This document shows positions 22,857 through 34,431 of a stretch of DNA of 64,000 nt, in pieces. The translations under genes and the position numbers were made by a program. A model generated the notes under the pieces. That model was not told where the DNA came from, ran no database searches, and saw only the letters and a program-made list of their open reading frames with translations. Numbering within the stretch: position 1 is the first letter of the stretch; every line of letters starts with the position of its first letter. This DNA comes from Takakia lepidozioides (lineage: Eukaryota > Plantae > Bryophyta), in contig CM060731.1 in assembly GCA_030704615.1 (NCBI GenBank), positions 7,626,001-7,690,000 of the forward strand. Direction: 5' to 3'.

Positions 22857-23108
22857 GTCCGACATGGCGTTACTCTGGTATATTTGACACATGACTCACA
22901 TACCGGTTACTCTGCTATATTCATCCGGACAGACACATTGTAGAAATGAGACATCAAATTGTAAACAGTGGGCCAATTCCGACAGTTATTCAACAGAATG
23001 AAACACAATCATACAGAAGTGAGGTACGATGGGTTTATTGATCGGACACGATGTCTCACATTTACCAACTGCAGACAAAACTAAGCCCTTCCTCCTTCTA
23101 CATGGGCT

Positions 23109-23651
23109 TCACCAAGTCGACGGAACTTCGATACCCCTCAAAACAAGCTCATCACTGCTGCGGCACCTCGAGGTAAACTGCAATTCGGTCGTTCTGCTGC
23201 CCTTGCTGGAGCCGACGACAATGTCATGTCCATCAATGATACCACCATCATACATTGACAAGGTCACTGTGGGCCTCATGTGCCCGTGCGAGCAACTCAG
23301 CCGAATGTCTCCATACACTGGAAGAGCGGAGTGATCTGCACGTATATAGTTTTCCCCGGTGCCGTCCTCCCTGGTCCACTGGCAGCAGTTCCAGCGCCAA
23401 AGCGAGGCCGTGCGTGATCTGTCCGGCATCCCTTTCCAGCTTGGTATATCGAGGTCAACAATTTTCAGGACCCACGGACCGCATTGACCCTCGCCCTCAC
23501 CTCGCTCAAAGCGGTAATAGCCCTCCAGATACTCCATTGCGCGCAAAGACTCTTGCTTGATTCCAGCAGCGTCTGTGAAAACAGAGAGCCAGACAATGAT
23601 GTCTCCTGATTCTGGCCATGATAAGGGCAGTCGGCTGGATTTCGGCGGCAC
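23109..23651 (-). CDS. Unknown 180-aa protein (paralogue A)
   Basis: Intact ORF (GTG start in the track); shares SGDI.W, EY..G.Y.FERG, PW.L.I.D.D.PS, RWNCC.WT, YGDIR, DGG.I.G.DIVV and ELVLR..EVP with 24207-24763. Confidence 0.7.
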   Translation of the reverse strand: MPPKSSRLPLSWPESGDIIVWLSVFTDAAGIKQESLRAMEYLEGYYRFERGEGEGQCGPWVLKIVDLDIPSWKGMPDRSRTASLWRWNCCQWTREDGTGENYIRADHSALPVYGDIRLSCSHGHMRPTVTLSMYDGGIIDGHDIVVGSSKGSRTTELQFTSRCRSSDELVLRGIEVPSTW

Positions 23652-23905
23652 GCATCCTTGAAAAAGAGTAGCGGAGTACGCTCAATGACAGCAGGGATGG
23701 AGGAGGAGCAGCGCGGTGGCTGGAAAAAGTTCAAGCTAACGCTGCAATTCCTCACAAACACTCCAGGGCATTTAAATTTCCCCCCTACAGGATCCTGGAC
23801 CGATGAAGATTGGCTGCTTCATGAATGTAGCCGTTTCAGTTTCCTACCCTGCCATGCAAACTATGGGCAGTCACTGCCAGGTGGGCCGATAGCCACTGGA
23901 CACGA

Positions 23906-23969
23906 CGAAGTCCATCCCCTCTTCGATGTAAATGCGGCGCCGAATTTCCATCCGGGGGGATGGACTTCG
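23906..23969. repeat. ~64-bp inverted repeat centred on a copy of the element palindrome, midway between paralogues A and B
   Basis: cgaagtccatcccc ... gatgtaaatgcggcgccgaatttccatc ... ggggatggacttcg. Confidence 0.85.
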
Positions 23970-24206
23970 GTGGCAGATCTCAAACTATAACTTGTTGATG
24001 AGAAAGATGTAGTTCATCCACCGCTGGCGTGATGAACACGTTCCACCTCCGTCGGTGGGTACGTGGGACCCAGATGCTCCATTATTGGAGGCCGGACTGC
24101 TCTTCCGCTTCGCATCATTTCCAAAATCTAAGGGCTTCGTAGCTGTCCGCAAGGTCATTGTCATCGGCATCCAAGTCGTCCTCAGGTCCTCCTTTGCAAG
24201 GATGCC

Positions 24207-24763
24207 GTGCTTCCGGAACCGGGACGACTGCCCTTTGGAGGCATCGATTATGCAATGTATTCGGCCACATCGGGAGACATTGTTATCTGGTACACAGATT
24301 ACAGAGAAGATACTGGTTCGATTGTGGAAACATTGGTGGCTTTTGAGTATATCGTAGGCCACTACGCCTTCGAGCGGGGTGACGATCTTGGTCTGAGGAG
24401 TCCGTGGCTCCTGCGCATCCTCGATTCCGATTTTCCCAGCTACGACGGTCACCATGCAGAAGAAGGCGCACTGCTATGCTGTTGCGGTGGAACTGCTGCC
24501 ACTGGACGTGGGTGGACTCCATCGGAGAGACCTATTCTCCTCAAGGAGTGCGCTCCTCTTCTCCATTGTATGGGGACATTCGCATTGGTGTGGACGACGA
24601 AAACGTGAAGATTTCCATATTCGATGGTGGTATGATTGAAGGGCAGGACATTGTGGTGAACATCACTAGGGGCGGTACAACGGCTGCAATCGACTTTACA
24701 TGGAGGAGCCCCATGACTCATGAGCTAGTTCTGAGAGCAGTCGAAGTCCCATTGACAACGTGA
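24207..24763 (+). CDS. Unknown ~185-aa protein (paralogue B), one frameshift near 24460
   Basis: The N-half of ORF 24207..24608 joined to the C-half of ORF 24404..24763 aligns end to end with paralogue A. Confidence 0.7.
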
Positions 24764-25139
24764 CTTGTATTCAGTAGGCACAGGGCTAAAGATTTGATTG
24801 CACAATCAGCACAGTAGACGTGCTTCAAATGCAATTCATGTGGATCAATAAAAACCTCATTGTGCCCTCTTTTTATTCTATTCTGTGTCCATCGTTCCCA
24901 GAATGCGTCATTGCTCATTTCGTTTGGGATTGGGAGTGTGGGTGGATTTTGCAAGTGGCTGGTAGGCTGAAATGGGCCCCCATTGTACAGAGCAGTACCA
25001 CCCTACCATTCGCGAAACATTGCCTTTCAATATATAATTCTAAATAACATTGCCGAACCTCCTTCATCGGGAGGTCCTTCTCCCCCTATGACCGTGGCAC
25101 CCTAAACCCTATTCCCGCGGACACTCATTTCCGGAACAA

Positions 25140-25221
25140 TAGTGCTGGCTCATCGTTTTTTTCCACACTTACGACTCTGCTCATGGCTCATGCCGCTCAT
25201 GGCTCATGGCTCATGAAATAG
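25140..25221 (-). repeat. Right terminal inverted repeat (GCTCATG units)
   Basis: gctcatggctcatgccgctcatggctcatggctcatgaaatag. Confidence 0.8.
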
Positions 25222-28200
25222 CAGCCCCCCCCTGCGGTGGGGCTGGGTTGGCATTTCCTTTGTCATCAAGCACCCTTATAAGGTACAGAGATTGCTTGTG
25301 CAAATCCGCATAGCCTGTCAGCTGCAAGTTGCCTTCATAGTCTGAAATGAACTGAATTCCCAAGGCTATCTGATCATTCATAGAAAGGACCAGCATGACA
25401 GTACCACCTCCGTTTGTTGTTGCAGCTGTCCAGGTTGGCAAGGCCTCCCAGTCACCTCCATTTCTCAACATGTCAGTTATGGAATCTGGCACGTCTGCAA
25501 GAAGAGCAGGCCATGCAGCTGCTCGTCTGGCCCCTACACTCTGTGTTACTGCAGTTGGTGAAAGGTAACTGCCTTGCTCCCAAGTATTGCCCAGATGAGT
25601 AGAACCTTTGTGCTCCCAGAAGGCCCACTTTGGTCTTTGCAGGGACAGTGTTTCGAGTTGAAAACATTGTTCCAAAACAGAGGTTGTCGCCAGGCCTCTA
25701 CAAAGTTTGCTGGTGGTCTTTGAGTAAGCTTGTCCCTGAGAGACTGCCAAGCAGCCCATATGGATTGCCATGGGCGGGATTCGAAGTGCGCGATCACATT
25801 TTTTCCCTTGAACAATCCAGCGAAGTGAATCTGCCCACAAGTGGGATGAAGAGGATTTGCCATCCATAAAGTAAGGCTGGATCAATTTACTCCATGGGCT
25901 GTGACGGTGCGTAATGGCCCTAGGGATCCACTTGGCTAAAAGAGCCTTGATCTGTGCCGCTGGATCCAAAATTGCAAGCCCCCCCCCCTTCTTTTTGGGC
26001 TGGCATAGTTGCTCCCAAGAAAGCAGAGCCCGTCTTACCGGAGTTTGCACTGTTGCGCCCCAGATAAAATTCCGAATAAGAGCTTTTATCTCTTTCACCA
26101 TGGAGGTTCTTGGGTCCCACACTGCTGCAGAGAACTAGCAAGAGGCCAGTAGAACCTGGTTTGCCACTAGTGCCCGTCCAGCAATTGAGAGCATGGAGGA
26201 GCTCCAGTGGGCGAGAGATCTTTTCAATCTGGAAAGTACGTTCTGCATTCTGCTCTGTTGGGACACATTAATTCCAACCTGATTGCCCAGCAACGTGTGG
26301 GATTCCCCTTCTTGCAGCCATCGGAGGCCAATGTCTTCCCCCCAAGCAGCACAGTGAGCAGAGGAAGCTTGACTTTGCAACACCGAGAGAAGTCCCACCG
26401 ACTTTCCCCAATTGATTTTCAAGCCAGAGCCAAGAAAAGAAATGTGAAATGCATGATCAATGTTGTCCCGGGATGAATTGTCCAGCGGTAAGGAGGTATC
26501 ATCAGCATACATTGACAGCTTGACCATTTCCGGCTAGAAGGTAGGTAAATGAAGGCCCACAATGTCCTGCCTGGCTTCAAACAAGTGCCCAACTGCCGCA
26601 ATGAGAAAGAGGAAAGGTGCCAAAGGGCACCATTGTCTCACCGACCTAGAGATAGGGAAGGATTGGGAGATGACACCATTCACCATTACCTTACTAGAGG
26701 CAGAATGAAGAAGGATCCTTACCCAAGACAAGAATTGACCACCTAAACTTGTTTTTTCCAAAGCAGCGAGGAGCAAGGTCTAGTCAATAGAGTCAAAAGC
26801 ATTTTCAAAATCCAACATCAAGAAAGCAAGAGGCTGATTGTTCAGATTTGCCCGGTGAAGCGCTTCATGGACCAACAGGATGTTATCCAAGATCATATGA
26901 TCTTTAAGAAAACCGGTCTATTCTTTTCTGATGATCTGAGGCAGCAAAGGCTGGATTCTCAAAGCAAGCGCCTTGGCTTATATCTTGTATGTAGAGTTGA
27001 GTAGGGTGATAGGTCTTAGTTGTTGGTTACGTTGTCTCTCTCCCCCTTTTTGTAGATGAGAGTGATAAGGCCTTCGGAGATCTGAGAGGGCATCACCTGC
27101 TTCTGGAGGATGTCGTTGGCCATACCCAGAAAGTCAACTCCAAGAGTTCCCCACAAAGATTTGAAAAGCTCAATGGGTAGACCATCTGGACCTGGGCTTT
27201 TAAGAGATGCCAGGGCATCTACTGCCTTACCCAGCTCAGACTCAGTAAAGGGTTTTGCTAACTTGGATTTATCTGCAGCAGATAGGGCACATGGTATATT
27301 TCTCAAGAGAGCATTTCTTGCTTCATATATCTCTGGAGTGTGCTCTTTTTTTTCAAAGAGTTGTCTGAAGAAGCTGGCTGCAATGGTGGCCATCTTCTTC
27401 GGGACAACACTTGGAATGCCAGCATCATCACGCAAAGAGGGGATCAAAGTAGAAGCACGATGCTGAGCAGCTTTAGCAAGAAATATTTAGACATTTTTTC
27501 CCCCTGCAGCGACCAATTTACCCCTGCCTTGACCCTAATGAACTGCTCCCTGGAATGTAACAAAAAAGAGAGATTCTTCTTGGCTGTTTTGTAGGAGATC
27601 ATGGTTTGAGGGTCATCTCTACCTTCTTGAAGTTGGTACTGACAGACATGAAGGCATTTTGTGAGTGCCCTCTCTTTTTTGGAGGTGTCTTCGGCCTTTT
27701 TCCTAGACAAATCATGACAGATGCCTCTCAACTTCTGCAACTTGGATAGAAAGAGGAGAGTGGGTGAGGTGAAAGGTAGGTCAGCAGAGGACCCAAACTC
27801 TTTGCAACTCTAGAACAACCTCTGGGTCTTTGAGGAGGGAGGGGTTGAGCTTAAAGAAACCCCTACCCTTTGCTCTTGTCCCTGGGGTGTGTAAAGAGAG
27901 ATTGACAATGGAGTGGTCAAAACCAGGAGGCACTAGGGCCAAAGGGGATCTGACAGTCCAATTTAACAGGTGCTCAGAGCAATAGATTCTATCTAGACGA
28001 GCCAGGGAGAGATTTGGAGACTCCCTGTTATTAGACCATGTAAATTTCAGCTCTCCCTCAGCTGGGTTGGTGGCGTCCAGCAACCCACCGCCGCATGCAT
28101 AGAGAGTCCCAAGAGTCTCTTTCAGCAACAGACAGGCCATGAACGTTAGAACCGAAGCGATCATTATCAAACTCTACCATGTTAAAATTCCCACCCACAA

Positions 28201-28645
28201 TCCAATGTTGGATGTCACCAAGCTGCAGCATTTTCAATCTAATAAGAGACCACAGCTCTATACGTTCCTCCTCACTATTGGGAGCATAAACATTTAACAC
28301 CCCCACACTCCCAATCGCTGGACCCAAATGTAGAACGACAAGTTGAACCCTACCCTGAAGCCATATGTCATTAGAAAGAACAGAGGGCCCCAAGGAGGGG
28401 GAAATAAAAATTGTTGTGCCACCTCTAGTGTCAACGATCATGGGGTTCCAGAATGCGGAGGCAGGAGGCCACATAGAAGTCCCCAGAGATGCAATTTTGG
28501 CTTGGTCGAGCTTATGCTCTTGGAGAAAGATTAGAGAGGGTTTGTTTATGAAATTGGAGGCCCATCATCTGATTCTGGTCCTTTTTGGGGCTGAGTGATA
28601 AGATCCAATGCCACGGATATTCCACGTAGAAAGAGAGAAATTCAT
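25222..28645 (-). pseudogene. LINE ORF2: APE endonuclease and reverse transcriptase (frameshifts and stops)
   Basis: MNFSLSTWNIRG; LNVYAPN; GGNFN; ARLDRIY; FDH; KSPGPDGLP; LDFENAFD; RQWCPLAPFLF; YADDT; GGGLAILD. Confidence 0.9.
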
Positions 28646-29211
28646 TGTACTGCCAGGGCAAGGCCCGCGTTGATCTCGCGATTTGATGGCCAGGTAGGTA
28701 AGAATTTGAATTTAGTCCTCTTGTCCCAGGGTTGCAGCGTATTTATCCATTTAAAACCAGCAGGAGGTGGCAGTAAATCAGGTAGGTTCCACACAAAGAC
28801 CTGTCTCGACTTCTTTCTTTTGCTGAGACATCCCAGTTCCAGGAATTGGTTCCTGCTGTTTGTTAGCATAGAAAGATCTGACAGGGAGAGATGCCAAGAG
28901 AGCGTTGAAGAGATAGTCAACAGCAAATTTTGAACACACAATGTTGTATGATTCACACCATCCTGGTAGAATTTTAAGGGCAAGCTGTTGATGCTCCAGT
29001 ACAAGGGTCCAGCCACGATTCCTGTTTGTCTCATAATGCACAAAGAAGATGAGTGGAGAGAGAGAAGAAGCATGAGGAAACATGCTTACCGGTGGGGGTG
29101 AGTCCACAGTTTCCTCTGGCTGTCCCATTTCTTCAAAGCATTTGCTAGCCGCATTGGATGAGAACAGCATGTCAGTGTCGTTATACAAGATTATTGCTCT
29201 GTTTGTGGGCT

Positions 29212-32200
29212 CACTACAATAGATCGCGGTATATATGAGTGTATATATGACTATCCCGTAGTCATAAACGGTACATATGACTTCTATGACTTTAAGTCAT
29301 GCAAACCAAGTCAATACAATGAGTACAGTATGGTCGGTCATGGATGACTACAGTAAGATGAACCAAGTGATACATCTCACTGTCATGTGGCAGTCATACG
29401 TACTTCTACCATACATGACTTAGTGTGCTGCTACAAACTGTACACGTGTCTCTTTCTAATAAGTCCAAGGGGTTTTGTGGATGTGCGCCATATGGCGTCT
29501 CCCGAAACTGCCACGTGGCATATCCATGAGGAAGTCCTAGAGTCATTATCCTGACTACAAACATGCTAATATCTGGACACGTGGCATATAATGAGGAGGT
29601 CTTGCAGTCATTGTCCTAACTACAAACATCCTGATATGTGGACACGTGGCATCATATGAGGGGTTTGTTAAATGTATTTAACAGTCAGAACCACGACTAT
29701 GCTTATAATAACTCGTTGCCAGGTGTTTTATGGTCAATATGACACGTGTCAATGCATGATTGAAGATTGTTTAGTGATGTTAAAGTGATATTGCTTACTA
29801 CCTATAGTAGAACCCTAGTCATGCACACGTCTTTCTGTAATCTATACTTCTACTGCTATAGTGATTCTACCTACTGTAGCTTACTACCTATACTAGAACA
29901 AATCAATGCTTCATTCACAGGCAAGAATCACAGAAAAGAACAAAGTGAGAAAGTGCAAAGGACATAACATACGCACTTAAAATGTAAAAAGAGCTTGTTT
30001 TAAACAATTGCCAGTCAAATTTACAAAATAGCACAGGAGTCCCCAAATCTAGCTCCTCAAACAATAGTTTGACAAAGTGCAAAGGACACTATATAGGCAC
30101 TGAAGATAGAAGCAGAGTAACAAGATATTGTCTTAAACAACTATCACTTAGATTTACAAAATTGTAGTACAGTCCCAAAATCATGCTCCTCAAAACAGTC
30201 TAAGGGGGGCAGCATAACATTCATGTTGCCCTCATGTTGCCCTCACAGTGGCTTTATTTAAAATTCACTCCTTCTCTGAACAACATATGAACCTATGGAT
30301 TCCCTCTCCATGCCCTGCCTTGCCCTGCACTCTCTCTCCTTCTCTCTCTTGGCATGGATAACTGAAGGAGCAGGGGTGGACTAGTGTGGGTTCAGATTCG
30401 TCCGACAGAGCTAGATTTGAAGCACACAGCTACGTAATATGTCGATTCGCTGCCCTGCCCCCTTTAATTAAACCGATGAGACATTTTAGCATAAAGATGA
30501 AAAAGCGTGGAAACTAGTGGGCAGGTGCACGTTCACCTTATCCAAACTGGATTTAAGCCAGGCATTTTTTTATGCAACGCCTGCCTCGTCAACATGTATG
30601 TTAAGTGCGGGAGCATCGCTGAATACTCACCAAATGCGGGAGCTCTCTGCTGCTGGCTGGCTGGCTGCTGCGGCGGCAGCCTGCTTGCTCCAGCTCGTGA
30701 GCGACCTGCCAGCCACCCCCCCAAACAGTGAGCACACCACTGGCTACCCTCTCCCTGTCCTTGCCTCTCCCTCTCCCTGCCAACATCATTTGCTCATAGG
30801 TCTCCAAAGCATTCCTACCACATCCATGCTTGGTAAATCATGCCAACATTATATTCCACGTGATCAAAGATTCTGTTGAACACTTGGTGAGCATAGATGT
30901 ACACCAGGGGAATGTTCAGAATGACATCTGGTACAATTCCAGCTTTGATAATGTCAACCATGAACCTCTTTGACCATTCCCAGGGCTATTAGGCTCGCAT
31001 ATGCATATTATAACACAATGAACATGACCTGGTCTGGCTTCATCCCTTCCCACATCATTTGCTCTTAGGTTTCCAAAGCCTTAATCCCATACGCATGCTG
31101 CACACCTTGCAATCATGGCACTCCAAAACACCACATCTCGTTCAGCCATATTGTCAAACTCTCCCTTCGCATCAGGCTTGCTGCACCCACATTTGGCATA
31201 CTGCATGTCCACCAGGTCAATGTTTAGAATGACATCTGGTACAAATCCAGCTTTGATGATGTCACCATGGACCTCTTTCCCTCCAGAGCTCCCAAGCTTG
31301 CACACGCATTGCAAACACAAACAAAACGTGATGTGTTGGGCTTCACCCTTTCGCGCAGCAGTTGCTCATAGGTCTCCAAAGCATTCCTACCACACCATGC
31401 TTGGTAACTCCTGCCAACATTATATTCCACGTGATCAAAGATCGTTGAGGCATTCTGTTGAACACTTGGTGAGCATCCATGATGCTCCTGCACTTGACAT
31501 ACATGGAGACAAGGGTGTTGAGTAGAAAAACATTTGGCATGCATCCACTTTGGATAATGTGGGTGAGCACCTGCTTTCCAGCGTCCAGACCTTCCATCTT
31601 GATGCACTTAAGCAAGGGACAGACATACGTACCTGAATCTGCTGAAATGCCTCATTGGCTCCCTCTCTTGATCCTCTTTCAGAAGCTGTGGTCATGGTTG
31701 AGGTGCCTGGTTTTATGAACTATGCCGCTGCAGCTGCAGCCTTTAGTTGACCATCTACCCATGTAGGTTTTTTGTAGCTATTGATCTACAGGGAATCACA
31801 TCTGGTACAACTCCAGCTTTGGCAATGCAACCATGCACCTCTTTGCCCTTTTCCAGGGCTGCCAGGCTTGCACACGCACTGCAAACGCACACAAACCTGA
31901 TGTGGTCGGGCTTCACCCTTCCCCAATCATTTGCTCGTAGGTCTCCAAATCCTCCATCCCGTGCCTCTGATGTGCAAACCCTGCAAGCATCGCATTCCAT
32001 GACACCACATCTCGTTCAGCCAGAGTGTGGAAAACTCACATTTGGCAAACATGTCCACCAGGGCAGTGTTCAGAAATCGGCCCTAAATTTTCATGTTGAA
32101 TTCTGCAAGTTGCTAGTTGAGTGAACCTTTGATAGTTTGCAATGCGTGTGCAAGCCTGGCAGCTCTGGAGAAGGGCAAAGAGGCCCATGATGACATTGTC

Positions 32201-34431
32201 AGAGCTGCAATTGTACCACATGTCATTCTGAACAATACCCTCGTGGACATGTATGAAGGGAGTGTTCGACAGTATGGCTGAACAAGATGTGGGTGTCGTG
32301 AGTGCAATGATTGCAGGATATGCACAGCAAGGGCGTGGGATGGAGGCTTTTGAGAACTATGAGCAAATGATGTGCGAAGGGGTGAAGCCCAACCACATCA
32401 CATTTGTTTGTGTTGCAATGCGTGTGCAAGCCTGGGAGCTCTGGGAAAAGGGAAAGAGGTCCATGGTGACATCGTCAAAGCTGGAATTGTACCAGATGTG
32501 CATAAACGAGGGTGGCCCTTGGCAGTGACCTCTACAGCAGATCAAGGGAGCAAGCTCCAAAGATCAACAGCCTACCACAACTAGACAATCTACTTTGAGG
32601 GCTTGTTGACCATTCAAATTTGATGTAGTTGCTGCCTTGTTTCAGGCTAAGTGAATGGTACAGTGCCCAATGTTATGAACCAGGGATCTGTAGCCATATG
32701 AGCTCATTCACATAAGCTCAAAATTAGCAAGGAGCAGTGCATACCTTTTCACCTCTAGGAGGTGGTGGAACCGTGCAGCCATGTAGAATCTACCCCTTCC
32801 ACCTCCTCCTCGTCCTCTCCCTGCACCTGATCCTGGATTGTCATCTTCTTGGGCAGGTACAGATTTCCCCTTCCCTCTTCCCCCTGGCTTTTTGGTGATG
32901 GCTCAGGAGCCTCTGTGCCTGAGTTGCATATTGGGTCAATTAGGTCATTGAAACACCGTGTCTTCGGTGGTATTGTTCTCTTCTGTCTCCTGGAATCTGC
33001 TCCCAGACCACCAAAAACCAAGACCCCAAATCAGACAGCAAAGAGGGCTTACCAATGGCTGCATGGATCTTTGCACACAAAGGGCCCTTCTCAATGAACA
33101 AATTCTCCTTTTCCTCTTGCACAACTTTGCGCATGGCCTCTGTGGTACATCTCTCCTTGTTTGGTACTGCCAATAATTGTTCCTCTTCTTCCTACAAGAA
33201 GTGAAACCCATACAAGAAGTGAAACAACAAAGGCATTGATACACCTCTGTAGCTACATAGAGACCCGAAACTAGTGCTTGCTATTCTTTCGTAGCAGCCA
33301 CCTCCTATCCGTCTCATTCACAACCAACCACATGACCACATCCTAGTCTCACACAGTCCACCTATTTCCACACTTTCTGGTCGATCTCCTTCACATTCTT
33401 GCCAACTTATCTCTCTCAGCAAATCTGACCAGGAACTCACGCCACAAGGACTACAGCTCTTAGTCTCTGGAATTCATCACTGCAACCTGCCAATGCTAAC
33501 ACATACACCCCAACGAATGGCGCCATCCAGCCAACCCTGCATGTCGCTATGACCTAGACAATAGATGCATGAGAGCTTCATGACACTGCAGATGTGAGAA
33601 AGGCTCACAACAGTAACCCCAAGCCTACATTGTGGAAGACACTCGGAATGCAAACAACCCGACTGCTCGTCTAACAGAATTCAAACCGTGACCCAAATCT
33701 AAATTGAAGACAGTTCTTTAACACTTAGCATATGCATCCCCACCCCAGTGGCTGTAAGAAGTCACTGGCAGTCAAATCTCTTAAGTGCAGGCAGACTATC
33801 AGCTGATGCATCTGCATCGTGGTTCTCCCAAACGTCAACCCTGCACTGCCCATACTCGCACATGCTCCAGATACCCCAAAGTGGCTGCGTTCATCTTGCT
33901 TTAACAAAAATTGTCATCTCCAGAGCAGCCTCCTCACATCGAGTTGACTAAAACCTCAACTTCTCTCCACGTCCCAGCTCATCACTAGCTCCTGTCCATT
34001 ACTACCAAGAAAAAGAAGAGAATCAACTAAAACCTAAACTCATCTCTCGGCTTGATACTACTAAGAAGGAGAAAAAAAAGCCAAAAAGAGGCCAAGTCCC
34101 AACCCTCTAATGGCCAACCCTATAAGTAACTTTTTAAATTTTTTAAACCTTTTGGTTACCAAGCTTGCACTAGAAGTCATTCCGGCGACTATTTGGTGGC
34201 AAGCTCGCACTGGTCAACCATCGTTGACCACCCTTCCCTCTAGTGCGGAGCCATATAGTCATGACGACGTCTATCAAAGTAGTCGCCCAGAGGACTACGT
34301 AGTCACGTAGTTATTTCAACGACTACGTGAAGTCCCATTTGGTCCAAAAATACAGGGAAGTCATGGTCAAAGTCAGGAAAACCATGACTACCGCGCCTCG
34401 ACAGTCAGATATACCGCGATCTGTTGTAGTG
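29212..34431. mobile_element. Non-autonomous CACTA element (Pack-CACTA) carrying PPR gene fragments
   Basis: 23-bp TIR CACTACAA(T/C)AGATCGCGGTATAT at both ends; 3-bp TSD GCT (29209-11 and 34432-34); ATGACTAC subterminal repeats. Confidence 0.95.
30507..32510. pseudogene. Mosaic of PLS-class pentatricopeptide repeat fragments in both orientations (+ 30507-30640; - ~30780-32000; + ~32120-32510)
   Basis: NMYVKCGSI, F..MAERDVV.WSAMIA, YAQQGRGMEAFENYEQM..EGVKPN.ITFVCV, ACASL.ALEKGKEVH..I.KAG..PDV. Confidence 0.9.

Larger units (their letters stand above)
10060..25221. mobile_element. 15.2-kb Mutator-like (MULE-type DDE) DNA transposon with imperfect TIRs, carrying a transposase, a ParB-MTase gene, two small paralogous genes and palindrome arrays
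   Basis: CTATTTCATGAGC at 10060 is the exact reverse complement of GCTCATGAAATAG ending at 25221; both ends carry CATGAGC tandem repeats; full copies of the palindrome were seen only inside these ends; no TSD found. Confidence 0.8.
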
